Position numbers and translations under genes: made by a program | Assembly (NCBI RefSeq): GCF_009914755.1 | Contig: NC_060925.1 | DNA: 64,000 nucleotides | DNA from: the human T2T-CHM13v2.0 reference genome, Homo sapiens | Direction: 5' to 3' (one strand) | Part shown: one piece after another, positions 27,601 through 40,705 of the stretch | Layout of the letters: every line of letters begins with the position of its first letter | Numbering within the stretch: the stretch's first letter is position 1 | The notes under the pieces: generated by a model | Database searches by the model: none | Seen by the model: only the letters and a program-made list of their open reading frames with translations | Told to the model about the DNA's origin: nothing

Positions 27601-30600
27601 ATTGAATGGAAATGAAAGGGGTCATCATCTAATGGAATCGCATGGAATCATCATCAAATGGAATCGAATGGAATCATCATCAAATGGAATCTAATGGAAT
27701 CATTGAACAGAATTGAATGGAATCGTCATCGAATGAATTGAATGCAATCATCGAATGGTCTCGAATGGAATCATCTTCTAATGGAAAGGAATGGAATCAT
27801 CGCATAGAATCGAATGGAATTATCATCGAATGGAATCGAATGGTATCAACACCAAACGGAAAAAAACGGAATTATCGAATGGAATCGAAGAGAATCTTCG
27901 AACGGACCCGAATGGAATCATCTAATGGAATGGAATGGAATAATCCATGGACTCGAATGCAATCATCATCGAATGGAATCGAATGGAATCATCGAATGGA
28001 CTCGAATGGAATAATCATTGAACGGAATCGAATGGAATCATCATCGGATGGAAACGAATGGAATCATCATCGAATGGAAATGAAAGGAGTCATCATCTAA
28101 TGGAATTGCATGGAATCATCATAAAATGGAATCGAATGGAATCAACATCAAATGGAATCAAATGGAATCATTGAACGGAATTGAATGGAATCGTCATCGA
28201 ATGAATTGACTGCAATCATCCAATGGTCTCGAATGGAATCATCTTCAAATGGAATGGAATGGAATCATCGCATAGAATCGAATGGAATTATCATCGAATG
28301 GAATCGAATGGAATCAACATCAAACGGAAAAAAACGGAATTATCGAATGGAATCGAAGAGAATCATCGAATGGACCCGAATGGAATCATCTAATGGAATG
28401 GAATGGAATAATCCATGGACTCGAATGCAATCATCATCGAATGGAATCGAATGGAATCATCGAATGGACTCGAATGGAATAATCATTGAACGGAATCGAA
28501 TGGAATCATCATCGGATGGAAATGAATGGAATCATCATCGAATGGAATCGAATAGAATTATGGAATGAAATCCAGTGTGATCATCATCGAATGGACCCGA
28601 ATGGAATCATCATCCAACGGAAGCTAATGGAATCAACATCGAATGAATCGAATGGAAACACCATCGAATTGAAACGAATGGAATTATCATGAAATTGAAA
28701 TGGATGGACACATCATCGAATGGATTCGAATGGAATCATCGAATAAAATTGATTGAAATCATCATCAAATGGAATCGAATGGTATCATTGAATGGAATCG
28801 AATGGAATCATCATCAGATGGAAATGAATGGAATCGTCATAGAATGGAATCGAATGGATTCATTGAATGGAATCAGATGGAATCATCGAATGGACTGGAA
28901 TGAAATCATTGAATGGACTCGAAAGGGATCATTATTGAATGGAATTGAATGGAATCATCGAATGGTCTCGATTGGAATCATTATCAAATGGAATCGAATG
29001 GAATCACCGAATAGAATCGAATGGAACAATCATTGAATGGACTCAAATGGAATTATCCTCAAATGGAATCGAATGGAATTATCGAATGCAATCGAATGGA
29101 ATTATCGAATGCAATCGAATAGAATCATCGAATGGACTCGAATGGAATCATCGAATGGAATGGAATGGAACAGTCAATGAACTCGAATGGAATCATCATT
29201 GAATGGAATCGAATGGAATCATCGAGTGGAATCGAATGGAATTATGATCAAATGGAATCGAATGTAATCATCATCAAATGGAATCAAAAATAACCATCAT
29301 CAATTGGTATTGAATGGAATTGTCATCAAATGGAATTCAAAGGAATCATCATCAAATGGAACCGAATGGAATCCTCATTGAATGGAAATGAAAGGGGTCA
29401 TCATCTAATGGAATCGCATGGAATCATCATCAAATGGAATCGAATGGAATCATCATCAAATGGAATCTAATGGAATCATTGAACAGAATTGAATGGAATC
29501 GTCATCGAATGAATTGAATGCAATCATCGAATGGTCTCGAATGGAATCATCTTCTAATGGAAAGGAATGGAATCATCGCATAGAATCGAATGGAATTATC
29601 ATCGAATGGAATCGAATGGTATCAACACCAAACGGAAAAAAACGGAATTATCGAATGGAATCGAAGAGAATCTTCGAACGGACCCGAATGGAATCATCTA
29701 ATGGAATGGAATGGAATAATCCATGGACTCGAATGCAATCATCATCGAATGGAATGGAATGGAATCATCGAATGGACTCGAATGGAATAATCATTGAACG
29801 GAATCGAATGGAATCATCATCGGATGGAAACGAATGGAATCATCATCGAATGGAAATGAAAGGAGTCATCATCTAATGGAATTGTATGGAATCATCATAA
29901 AATGGAATCGAATGGAATCAACATCAAATGGAATCAAATGGAAAAATTGAACAGAATTGAATGGAATCGTCATCGAATGAATTGACTGCAATCATCCAAT
30001 GGTCTCGAATGGAATCATCTTCAAATGGAATGGAATGGAATCATCGCATAGAATCGAATGGAATTATCATCGAATGGAATCGAATGGAATCAACATCCAA
30101 CGGAAAAAAACGGAATTATCGAATGGAATCGAAGAGAATCATCGAATGGACCCGAATGGAATCATGTATAGGAATGGAATGGAATAATCCATGGACTCGA
30201 ATGCAATCATCATCGAATGGAATCGAATGGAATCATCGAATGGACTCGAATGGTATAATCATTGAACGGAATCGAATGGAATCATCATCGGATGGAAATG
30301 AATGGAATCATCATCGAATGGAATCGAATAGAATTATGGAATGAAATCCAGTGTGATCATCATCGAATGGACCCGAATGGAATCATCATCCAACGGAAGC
30401 TAATGGAATCAACATCGAATGAATCAAATGGAAACACCATCGAATTGAAACGAATGGAATTATCATGAAATTGAAATGGATGGACTCATCATCGAATGGA
30501 TTCGAATGGAATCATCGAATAAAATTGATTGAAATCATCATCGAATGGAATCGAATGGTATCATTGAATGGAATCGAATGGAATCATCATCAGATGGAAA

Positions 30601-33600
30601 TGAATGGAATCGTCATAGAATGGAATCGAATGGATTCATTGAATGGAATCAGATGGAATCATCGAATGGACTGGAATGGAATCATTGAATGGACTCGAAA
30701 GGGATCATTATTGAATGGAATTGAATGGAATCATCGAATGGTCTCGATTGGAATCATTATCAAATGGAATCGAATGGAATCACCGAATAGAATCGAATGG
30801 AACAATCATCGAATGGACTCAAATGGAATTATCCTCAAATGGAATCGAATGGAATTATCGAATGCAATCGAATGGAATTATCGAATGCAATCGAATAGAA
30901 TCATCGAATGGACTCGAATGGAATCATCGAATGGAATGGAATGGAACAGTCAATGAACTCGAATGGAATCATCATTGAATGGAATCGAATGGAATCATCG
31001 AGTGGAATCGAATGGAATTATGATCAAATGGAATCGAATGTAATCATCATCAAATGGAATCAAAAATAACCATCATCAATTGGTATTGAATGGAATTGTC
31101 ATCAAATGGAATTCAAAGAAATCATCATCAAATGGAACCGAATGGAATCCTCATTGAATGGAAATGAAAGGGGTCATCATCTAATGGAATCGCATGGAAT
31201 CATCATCAAATGGAATCGAATGGAATCATCATCAAATGGAATCTAATGGAATCATTGAACAGAATTGAATGGAATCGTCATCGAATGAATTGAATGCAAT
31301 CATCGAATGGTCTCGAATGGAATCATCTTCTAATGGAAAGGAATGGAATCATCGCATAGAATCGAATGGAATTATCATCGAATGGAATCGAATGGTATCA
31401 ACACCAAACGGAAAAAAACGGAATTATCAAATGGAATCGAAGAGAATCTTCGAACGGACCCGAATGGAATCATCTAATGGAATGGAATGGAATAATCCAT
31501 GGACTCGAATGCAATCATCATCGAATGGAATCGAATGGAATCATCGAATGGACTCGAATGGAATAATCATTGAACGGAATCGAATGGAATCATCATCGGA
31601 TGGAAACGAATGGAATCATCATCGAATGGAAATGAAAGGAGTCATCATCTAATGGAATTGCATGGAATCATCATAAAATGGAATCGAATGGAATCAACAT
31701 CAAATGGAATCAAATGGAATCATTGAACGGAATTGAATGGAATCATCATCGAATGAATTGACTGCAATCACCCAATGGTCTCGAATGGAATCATCTTCAA
31801 ATGGAATGGAATGGAATCATCGCATAGAATCGAATGGAATTATCATCGAATGGAATCGAATGGAATCAACATCAAACGGAAAAAAACGGAATTATCGAAT
31901 GGAATCGAAGAGAATCATCGAATGGACCCGAATGGAATCATCTAATGGAATGGAATGGAATAATCCATGGACTCGAATGCAATCATCATCCAATGGAATC
32001 GAATGGAATCATCGAATGGACTCGAATGGAATAATCATTGAACGGAATCGAATGGAATCATCATCGGATGGAAATGAATGGAATCATCATCGAATGGAAT
32101 CGAATAGAATTATGGAATGAAATCCAGTGTGATCATCATCGAATGGACCCGAATGGAATCATCATCCAACGGAAGCTAATGGAATCAACATCGAATGAAT
32201 CGAATGGAAACACCATCGAATTGAAACGAATGGAATTATCATGAAATTGAAATGGATGGACTCATCATCGAATGGATTCGAATGGAATCATCGAATAAAA
32301 TTGATTGAAATCATCATCGAATGGAATCGAATGGTATCATTGAATGGAATCGAATGGAATCATAATCAGATGGAAATGAATGGAATCGTCATAGAATGGA
32401 ATCGAATGGATTCATTGAATGGAATCAGATGGAATCATCGAATGGACTGGAATGGAATCATTGAATGGACTTGAAAGGGATCATGATTGAATGGAATTGA
32501 ATGGAATCATCGAATGGTCTCGATTGGAATCATTATCAAATGGAATCGAATGGAATCACCGAATAGAATCGAATGGAACAATCATCGAATGGACTCAAAT
32601 GGAATTATCCTCAAATGGAATCGAATGGAATTATCGAATGCAATCGAATGGAATTATCGAATGCAATCGAATAGAATCATCGAATGGACTCGAATGGAAT
32701 CATCGAATGGAATGGAATGGAACAGTCAATGAACACGAATGGAATCATCATTGAATGGAATCGAATGGAATCATCGAGTGGAATCGAATGGAATTATGAT
32801 CAAATGGAATCGAATGTAATCATCATCAAATGGAATCAAAAATAACCATCATCAATTGGTATTGAATGGAATTGTCATCAAATGGAATTCAAAGGAATCA
32901 TCATCAAATGGAACCGAATGGAATCCTCATTGAATGGAAATGAAAGGGGTCATCATCTTATGGAATCGCATGGAATCATCATCAAATGGAATCGAATGGA
33001 ATCATCATCAAATGGAATCTAATGGAATCATTGAACAGAATTGAATGGAATCGTCATCGAATGAATTGAATGCAATCATCGAATGGTCTCGAATGGAATC
33101 ATCTTCTAATGGAAAGGAATGGAATCATCGCATAGAATCGAATGGAATTATCATCGAATGGAATCGAATGGTATCAACACCAAACGGAAAAAAACGGAAT
33201 TATCGAATGGAATCGAAGAGAATCTTCGAACGGACCCGAATGGAATCATCTAATGGAATGGAATGGAATAATCCATGGACTCGAATGCAATCATCATCGA
33301 ATGGAATCGAATGGAATCATCGAATGGACTCGAATGGAATAATCATTGAAAGGAATCGAATGGAATCATCATCGGATGGAAACGAATGGAATCATCATCG
33401 AATGGAAATGAAAGGAGTCATCATCTAATGCAATTGCATGGAATCATCATCAAATGGAATCGAATGGAATCAACATCAAATGGAATCTAATGGAATCATT
33501 GAAGAGAATTGAATGGAATCGTCATCGAATGAATTGACTGCAATCATCGAATGGTCTCGAATGGAATCATCTTCAAATGGAATGGAATGGAATCATCGCA

Positions 33601-34660
33601 TAGAATCGAATGGAATTATCATCGAATGGAATCGAATGGAATCAACATCAAACGGAAAAAAACGGAATTATCGAATGGAATCGAAGAGAATCATCGAATG
33701 GACCCGAATGGAATCATCTAATGGAATGGAATGGAATAATCCATGGACTCGAATGCAATCATCATCGAATGGAATCGAATGGAATCATCGAGTGGACTCG
33801 AATGGAATAATCATTGAACGGAATCGAATGGAATCATCATCGGATGGAAATGAATGGAATCATCATCGAATGGAATCGAATAGAATTATGGAATTAAATC
33901 CAGTGTGATCATCATCGAATGGACCCGAATGGAATCATCATCCAACGGAAGCAAATGGAATCAACATCGAATGAATCAAATGGAAACACCATCGAATTGA
34001 AACGAATGGAATTATCATGAAATTGAAATGGATGGACTCATCATCGAATGGATTCGAATGGAATCATCGAATAAAATTGATTGAAATCATCATCGAATGG
34101 AATCGAATGGTATCATTGAATGGAATCGAATGGAATCATCATCAGATGGAAATGAATGGAATCGTCATAGAATGGAATCGAATGGATTCATTGAATGGAA
34201 TCAGATGGAATCATCGAATGGACTGGAATGGAATCATTGAATGGACTCGAAAGGGATCATGATTGAATGGAATTGAATGGAATCATCGAATGGTCTCGAT
34301 TGGAATCATTACCAAATGGAATCGAATGGAATCACCGAATAGAATCGAATGGAACAATCATCGAATGGACTCAAATGGAATTATCCTCAAATGGAATGGA
34401 ATGGAATTATCGAATGCAATCGAATGGAATTATCGAATGCAATCGAATAGAATCATCGAATGGACTCGAATGGAATCATCGAATGGAATGGAATGGAACA
34501 GTCAATGAACTCGAATGGAATCATCATTGAATGGAATCGAATGGAATCATCGAGTGGAATCGAATGGAATTATGATCAAATGGAATCGAATGTAATCATC
34601 ATCAAATGGAATCAAAAATAACCATCATCAATTGGTATTGAATGGAATTGTCATCAAATG

Positions 34661-35723
34661 GAATTCAAAGGAATCATCATCAAATGGAACCGAATGGAAT
34701 CCTCATTGAATGGAAATGAAAGGGGTCATCATCTAATGGAATCGCATGGAATCATCATCAAATGGAATCGAATGGAATCATCATCAAATGGAATCTAATG
34801 GAATCATTGAACAGAATTGAATGGAATCGTCATCGAATTAATTGAATGCAATCATCGAATGGTCTCGAATGGAATCATCTTCTAATGGAAAGGAATGGAA
34901 TCATCGCATAGAATCGAATGGAATTATCATCGAATGGAATCGAATGGTATCAACACCAAACGGAAAAAAACGGAATTATCGAATGGAATCGAAGAGAATC
35001 TTCGAACGGACCCGAATGGAATCATCTAATGGAATGGAATGGAATAATCCATGGACTCGAATGCAATCATCATCGAATGGAATGGAATGGAATCATCGAA
35101 TGGACTCGAATGGAATAATCATTGAACGGAATCGAATGGAATCATCATCGGATGGAAACGAATGGAATCATCATCGAATGGAAATGAAAGGAGTCATCAT
35201 CTAATGGAATTGCATGGAATCATCATAAAATGGAATCGAATGGAATCAACATCAAATCGAATCAAACGGAATCATTGAACGGAATTGAATGGAATCGTCA
35301 TCGAATGAATTGACTGCAATCATCGAATGGTCTCGAATGGAATCATCTTCAAATGGAATGGAATGGAATCATCGCTTAGAATCGAATGGAATTATCACCG
35401 AAAGCAATTGAATGGAATCAACATCAAACGGAAAAAAACGGAATTATCGAATGGAATCGAAGAGAATCATCGAATGGACCCGAATGGAATCATCTAATGG
35501 AATGGAATCGAATAATCCATGGACTCGAATGCAATCATCATCGAATGGAATCGAATGGAATCATCGAATGAACTCGAATGGAATCATCATTGAATGGAAT
35601 CGAATGGAATCATCGAGTGGAATCGAATGGAATTATGATCAAATGGAATCGAATGTAATCATCATCAAATGGAATCAAAAATAACCATCATCAATTGGTA
35701 TTCAATGGAATTGTCATCAAATG
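34661..35723 (+). repeat. 1,063-bp truncated unit (713-bp internal deletion)
   Basis: Spacing 34821 to 35884. The junction catcgaatg|aactcgaatgg at ~35570 joins sub-repeat B to the distal unit segment; the ccagtgtg, gaagctaa and aagggatc landmarks are missing. Confidence 0.92.
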
Positions 35724-37008
35724 GAATTCAAAGGAATCATCATCAAATGGAACCGAATGGAATCCTCATTGAATGGAAATGAAAGGGGTCATCATCTAAT
35801 GGAATCACATGGAATCATCATCAAATGGAATCGAATGGAATCTTCATCAAATGGAATCTAATGGAATCATTGAACAGAATTGAATGGAATCGTCATCGAA
35901 TGAATTGAATGCAATCATCGAATGGTCTCGAATGGAATCATCTTCTAATGGAAAGGAATGGAATCATCGCATAGAATCGAATGGAATTATCATCGAATGG
36001 AATCGAATGGTATCAACACCAAACGGAAAAAAACGGAATTATCGAAAGGAATCGAAGAGAATCTTCGAACGGACCCGAATGGAATCATCTAATGGAATGG
36101 AATGGAATAATCCATGGACTCGAATGCAATCATCATCGAATGGAATCGAATGGAATCATCGAATGGACTCGAATGGAATAATCATTGAACGCAATCGAAT
36201 GGAATCATCATCGGATGGAAATGAATGGAATCATCATCGAATGGAATCGAATAGAATTATGGAATGAAATCCAGTGTGATCATCATCGAATGGACCCGAA
36301 TGGAATCATCATCCAACAGAAGCTAATGGAATCAACATCGAATGAATCGAATGGAAACACCATCGAATTCAAACGAATGGAATTACCATGAAATTGAAAT
36401 GGATGGACTCATCATCGAATGGATTCGGATGGAATCATCGAATAAAATTGATTGAAATCATCATCGAATGAAATCGAATGGTATCATTGAATGGAATCGA
36501 ATGGAATCATCATCAGATGGAAATGAATGGAATCGTCATAGAATGGAATCGAATGGATTCATTGAATGGAATCAGATGGAATCATCGAATGGACTGGAAT
36601 GGAATCATTGAATGGACTCGAAAGGGATCATGATTGAATGGAATTGAATGGAATCATCGAATGGTCTCGATTGGAATCATTATTAAATGGAATCGAATGG
36701 AATCACCGAATAGAATCGAATGGAACAATCATCGAATGGACTCAAATGGAATTATCCTTAAATGGAATCGAATGGAATTATCGAATGCAATCGAATAGAA
36801 TCATCGAATGGACTCGAATGGAATCATCGAATGGAATGGAATGGAACAGTCAATGAACTCGAATGGAATCATCATTGAATGGAATCGAATGGAATCATCG
36901 AGTGGAATCGAATGGAATTATGATCAAATGGAATCGAATGTAATCCTCATCAAATGGAATCATAAATAACCATCATCAATTGGTATTGAATGGAATTGTC
37001 ATCAAATG
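35724..37008 (+). repeat. 1,285-bp variant unit (single A/B hybrid sub-repeat, -468; plus a 23-bp monomer loss), copy 1
   Basis: Spacing 35884 to 37169 = 1285 = 1776-468-23. A-type start runs straight into the B-type end. Only one attatcgaatgcaatc copy at ~36777. Extra GAATTC at 36365. Confidence 0.92.
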
Positions 37009-39399
37009 GAATTCAAAGGAATCATCATCAAATGGAACCGAATGGAATCCTTATTGAATGGAAATGAAAGGGGTCATCATCTAATGGAATCGCATGGAAT
37101 CATCATCAAATGGAATCGAATGGAATCATCATCAAATGGAATCTAATGGAATCATTGAACAGAATTGAATGGAATCGTCATCGAATGAATTGAATGCAAT
37201 CATCGAATGGTCTCGAATGGAATCATCTTCTAATGGAAAGGAATGGAATCATCGCTTAGAATCGAATGGAATTATCATCGAATGGAATCGAATGGTATCA
37301 ACACCAAACGGAAAAAAACGGAATTATCGAATGGAATCGAAGAGAATCTTCGAACGGACCCGAATGGAATCATCTAATGGAATGGAATGGAATAATCCAT
37401 GGACTCGAATGCAATCATCATCGAATGGAATCGAATGGAATCATCGAATGGACTCGAATGGAATAATCATTGAACGCAATCGAATGGAATCATCATCGGA
37501 TGGAAACGAATGGAATCATCATCGAATGGAAATGAAAGGAGTCATCATCTAATGGAATTGCATGGAATCATCATCAAATGGAATCGAATGGAATCAACAT
37601 CAAATGGAATCAAATGGAATCATTGAACGGAATTGAATGGAATCGTCATCGAATGAATTGACTGCAATCATCGAATGGTCTCGAATGTAATCACATTCTA
37701 ATGGAAAGGAATGGAATCATCGCATAGAATCGAATGGAATTAACATTGAATGGACTCGAATGGAATCAACATCAAACGGAATCAAGCGGAATTATCGAAT
37801 GGAATCGAAAAGAATCATCGAATGGTCTCGAATGGAATCATCTTCTAATGGAAAGGAATGGAATCATCGCATAGAATCGAATGGAATTAACATTGAATGG
37901 ACTCGAATGGAATCAACATCAAATGGAATCAAGCGGAATTATCGAATGAAATCGAAGAGAATCATCGAATGGACTCGAATGGAATCATCTAATGGAATGG
38001 AATGGAATAATCCACGGACTCGAATGCAATCATCATCGTATAGAATCGAATGGAATCATCGAATGGACTCGAATGGAATAATCATCGAACGGAAGCGAAT
38101 GGAATCATCATCGGATGGAAACGAATGGAATCATCATCGAATGGAAATGAAAGGAGTCATCATCTAATGGAATTGCATGGAATCATCATAAAATGGAATC
38201 GAATGGAATCAACATCAAATGGAATCAAATGGAATCATTGAACGGAATTGAATGGAATCGTCATCGAATGAATTGACTGCAATCATCGAATGGTCTCGAA
38301 TGGAATCATCTTCAAATGGAATGGAATGGAATCATCGCATAGAATCGAATGGAATTATCATCGAATGGAATCGAATGGAATCAACATCAAACGGAAAAAA
38401 ACGGAATTATCGAATGGAATCGAAGAGAATCATCGAATGGACCCGAATGGAATCATCTAATGGAATGGAATGGAATAATCCATGGACTCGAATGCAATCA
38501 TCATCGAATGGAATCGAATGGAATCATCGAATGGACTCGAATGGAATAATCATTGAAGGGAATCGAATGGAATCATCATCGGATGGAAATGAATGGAATC
38601 ATCATCGAATGGAATCGAATAGAATTATGGAATGAAATCCAGTGTGATCATCTTCGAATGGACCCGAATGGAATCATCATCCAACGGAAGCTAATGGAAT
38701 CAACATCGAATGAATCGAATGGAAACACCATCGAATTGAAACGAATGGAATTATCATGAAATTGAAATGGATGGACTCATCATCGGATGGATTCGAATGG
38801 AATCATCGAATAAAATTGATTGAAATCATCATCCAATGGAATCGAATGGTATCATTGAATGGAATCGAATGGAATCATCATCAGATGGAAATGAATGGAA
38901 TCGTCATAGAATGGAATCGAATGGATTCATTGAATGGAATCAGATGGAATCATCGAATGGACTGGAATGGAATCATTGAATGGACTCGAAAGGGATCATG
39001 ATTGAATGGAATTGAATGGAATCATCGAATGGTCTCGATTGGAATCATTATCAAATGGAATCGAATGGAATCACCGAATAGAATCGAATGGAACAATCAT
39101 CGAATGGACTCAAATGGAATTATCCTCAAATGGAATCGAATGGAATTATCGAATGCAATCGAATGGAATTATCGAATGCAATCGAATAGAATCATCGAAT
39201 GGACTCGAATGGAATCATCGAATGGAATGGAATGGAACAGTCAATGAACTCGAATGGAATCATCATTGAATGGAATCGAATGGAATCATCGAGTGGAATC
39301 GAATGGAATTATGATCAAATGCAATCGAATGTAATCCTCATCAAATGGAATCAAAAATAACCATCATCAATTGGTATTGAATGGAATTGTCATCAAATG
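37009..39399 (+). repeat. 2,391-bp variant unit, copy 2
   Basis: Spacing 37169 to 39560 = 2391; same diagnostic motifs at ~37637-38251. Confidence 0.93.
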
Positions 39400-40705
39400 G
39401 AATTCAAAGGAATCATCATCAAATGGAACCGAATGGAATCCTCATTGAATGGAAATGAAAGGGGTCATCATCTAATGGAATCGCATGGAATCATCATCAA
39501 ATGGAATCGAATGGAATCATCATCAAATGGAATCTAATGGAATCATTGAACAGAATTGAATGGAATCGTCATCGAATGAATTGAATGCAATCATCGAATG
39601 GTCTCGAATGGAATCATCTTCTAATGGAAAGGAATGGAATCATCGCATAGAATCGAATGGAATTATCATCGAATGGAATCGAATGGTATCAACACCAAAC
39701 GGAAAAAAACGGAATTATCGAATGGAATCGAAGAGAATCTTCGAACGGACCCGAATGGAATCATCTAATGGAATGGAATGGAATAATCCATGGACCCGAA
39801 TGCAATCATCATCGAATGGAATCGAATGGAATCATCGAATGGACTCGAATGGAATAATCATTGAACGGAATCGAATGGAATCATCATCGGATGGAAACGA
39901 ATGGAATCATCATCGAATGGAAATGAAAGGAGTCATCATCTAATGGAATTGCATGGAATCATCATAAAATGGAATCGAATGGAATCAACATCAAATGGAA
40001 TCAAATGGAATCATTGAACGGAATTGAATGGAATCGTCATCGAATGAATTGACTGCAATCATCGAATGGTCTCGGAATCATCTTCAAATGGAATGGAATG
40101 GAATCATCGCATAGAATCGAATGGAATTATCATCGAATGGAATGGAATGGAATCAACATCAAACGGAAAAAAACGGAATTATCGAATGGAATCGAAGAGA
40201 ATCATCGAATGGACCCGAATGGAATCATCTAATGGAATGGAATGGAATAATCCATGGACTCGAATGCAATCATCATCGAATGGAATCGAATGGAATCATC
40301 GAATGGACTCGAATGGAATAATCATTGAACCGAATCGAATGGAATCATCATCGGATGGAAATGAATGGAATCATCATCGAATGGAATCGAATAGAATTAT
40401 GGAATGAAATCCAGTGTGATCATCATCGAATGGACCCGAATGGAATCATCATCCAACGGAAGCTAATGGAATCAACATCGAATGAATCGAATGGAAACAC
40501 CATCGAATTGAAACGAATGGAATTATCATGAAATTGAAATGGATGGACTCATCATCGAATGGATTCGAATGGAATCATCGAATAAAATTGATTGAAATCA
40601 TCATCGAATGGAATCGAATGGTATCATTGAATGGAATCGAATGGAATCATCATCAGATGGAAATGAATGGAATCGTCATAGAATGGAATCGAATGGATTC
40701 ATTGA

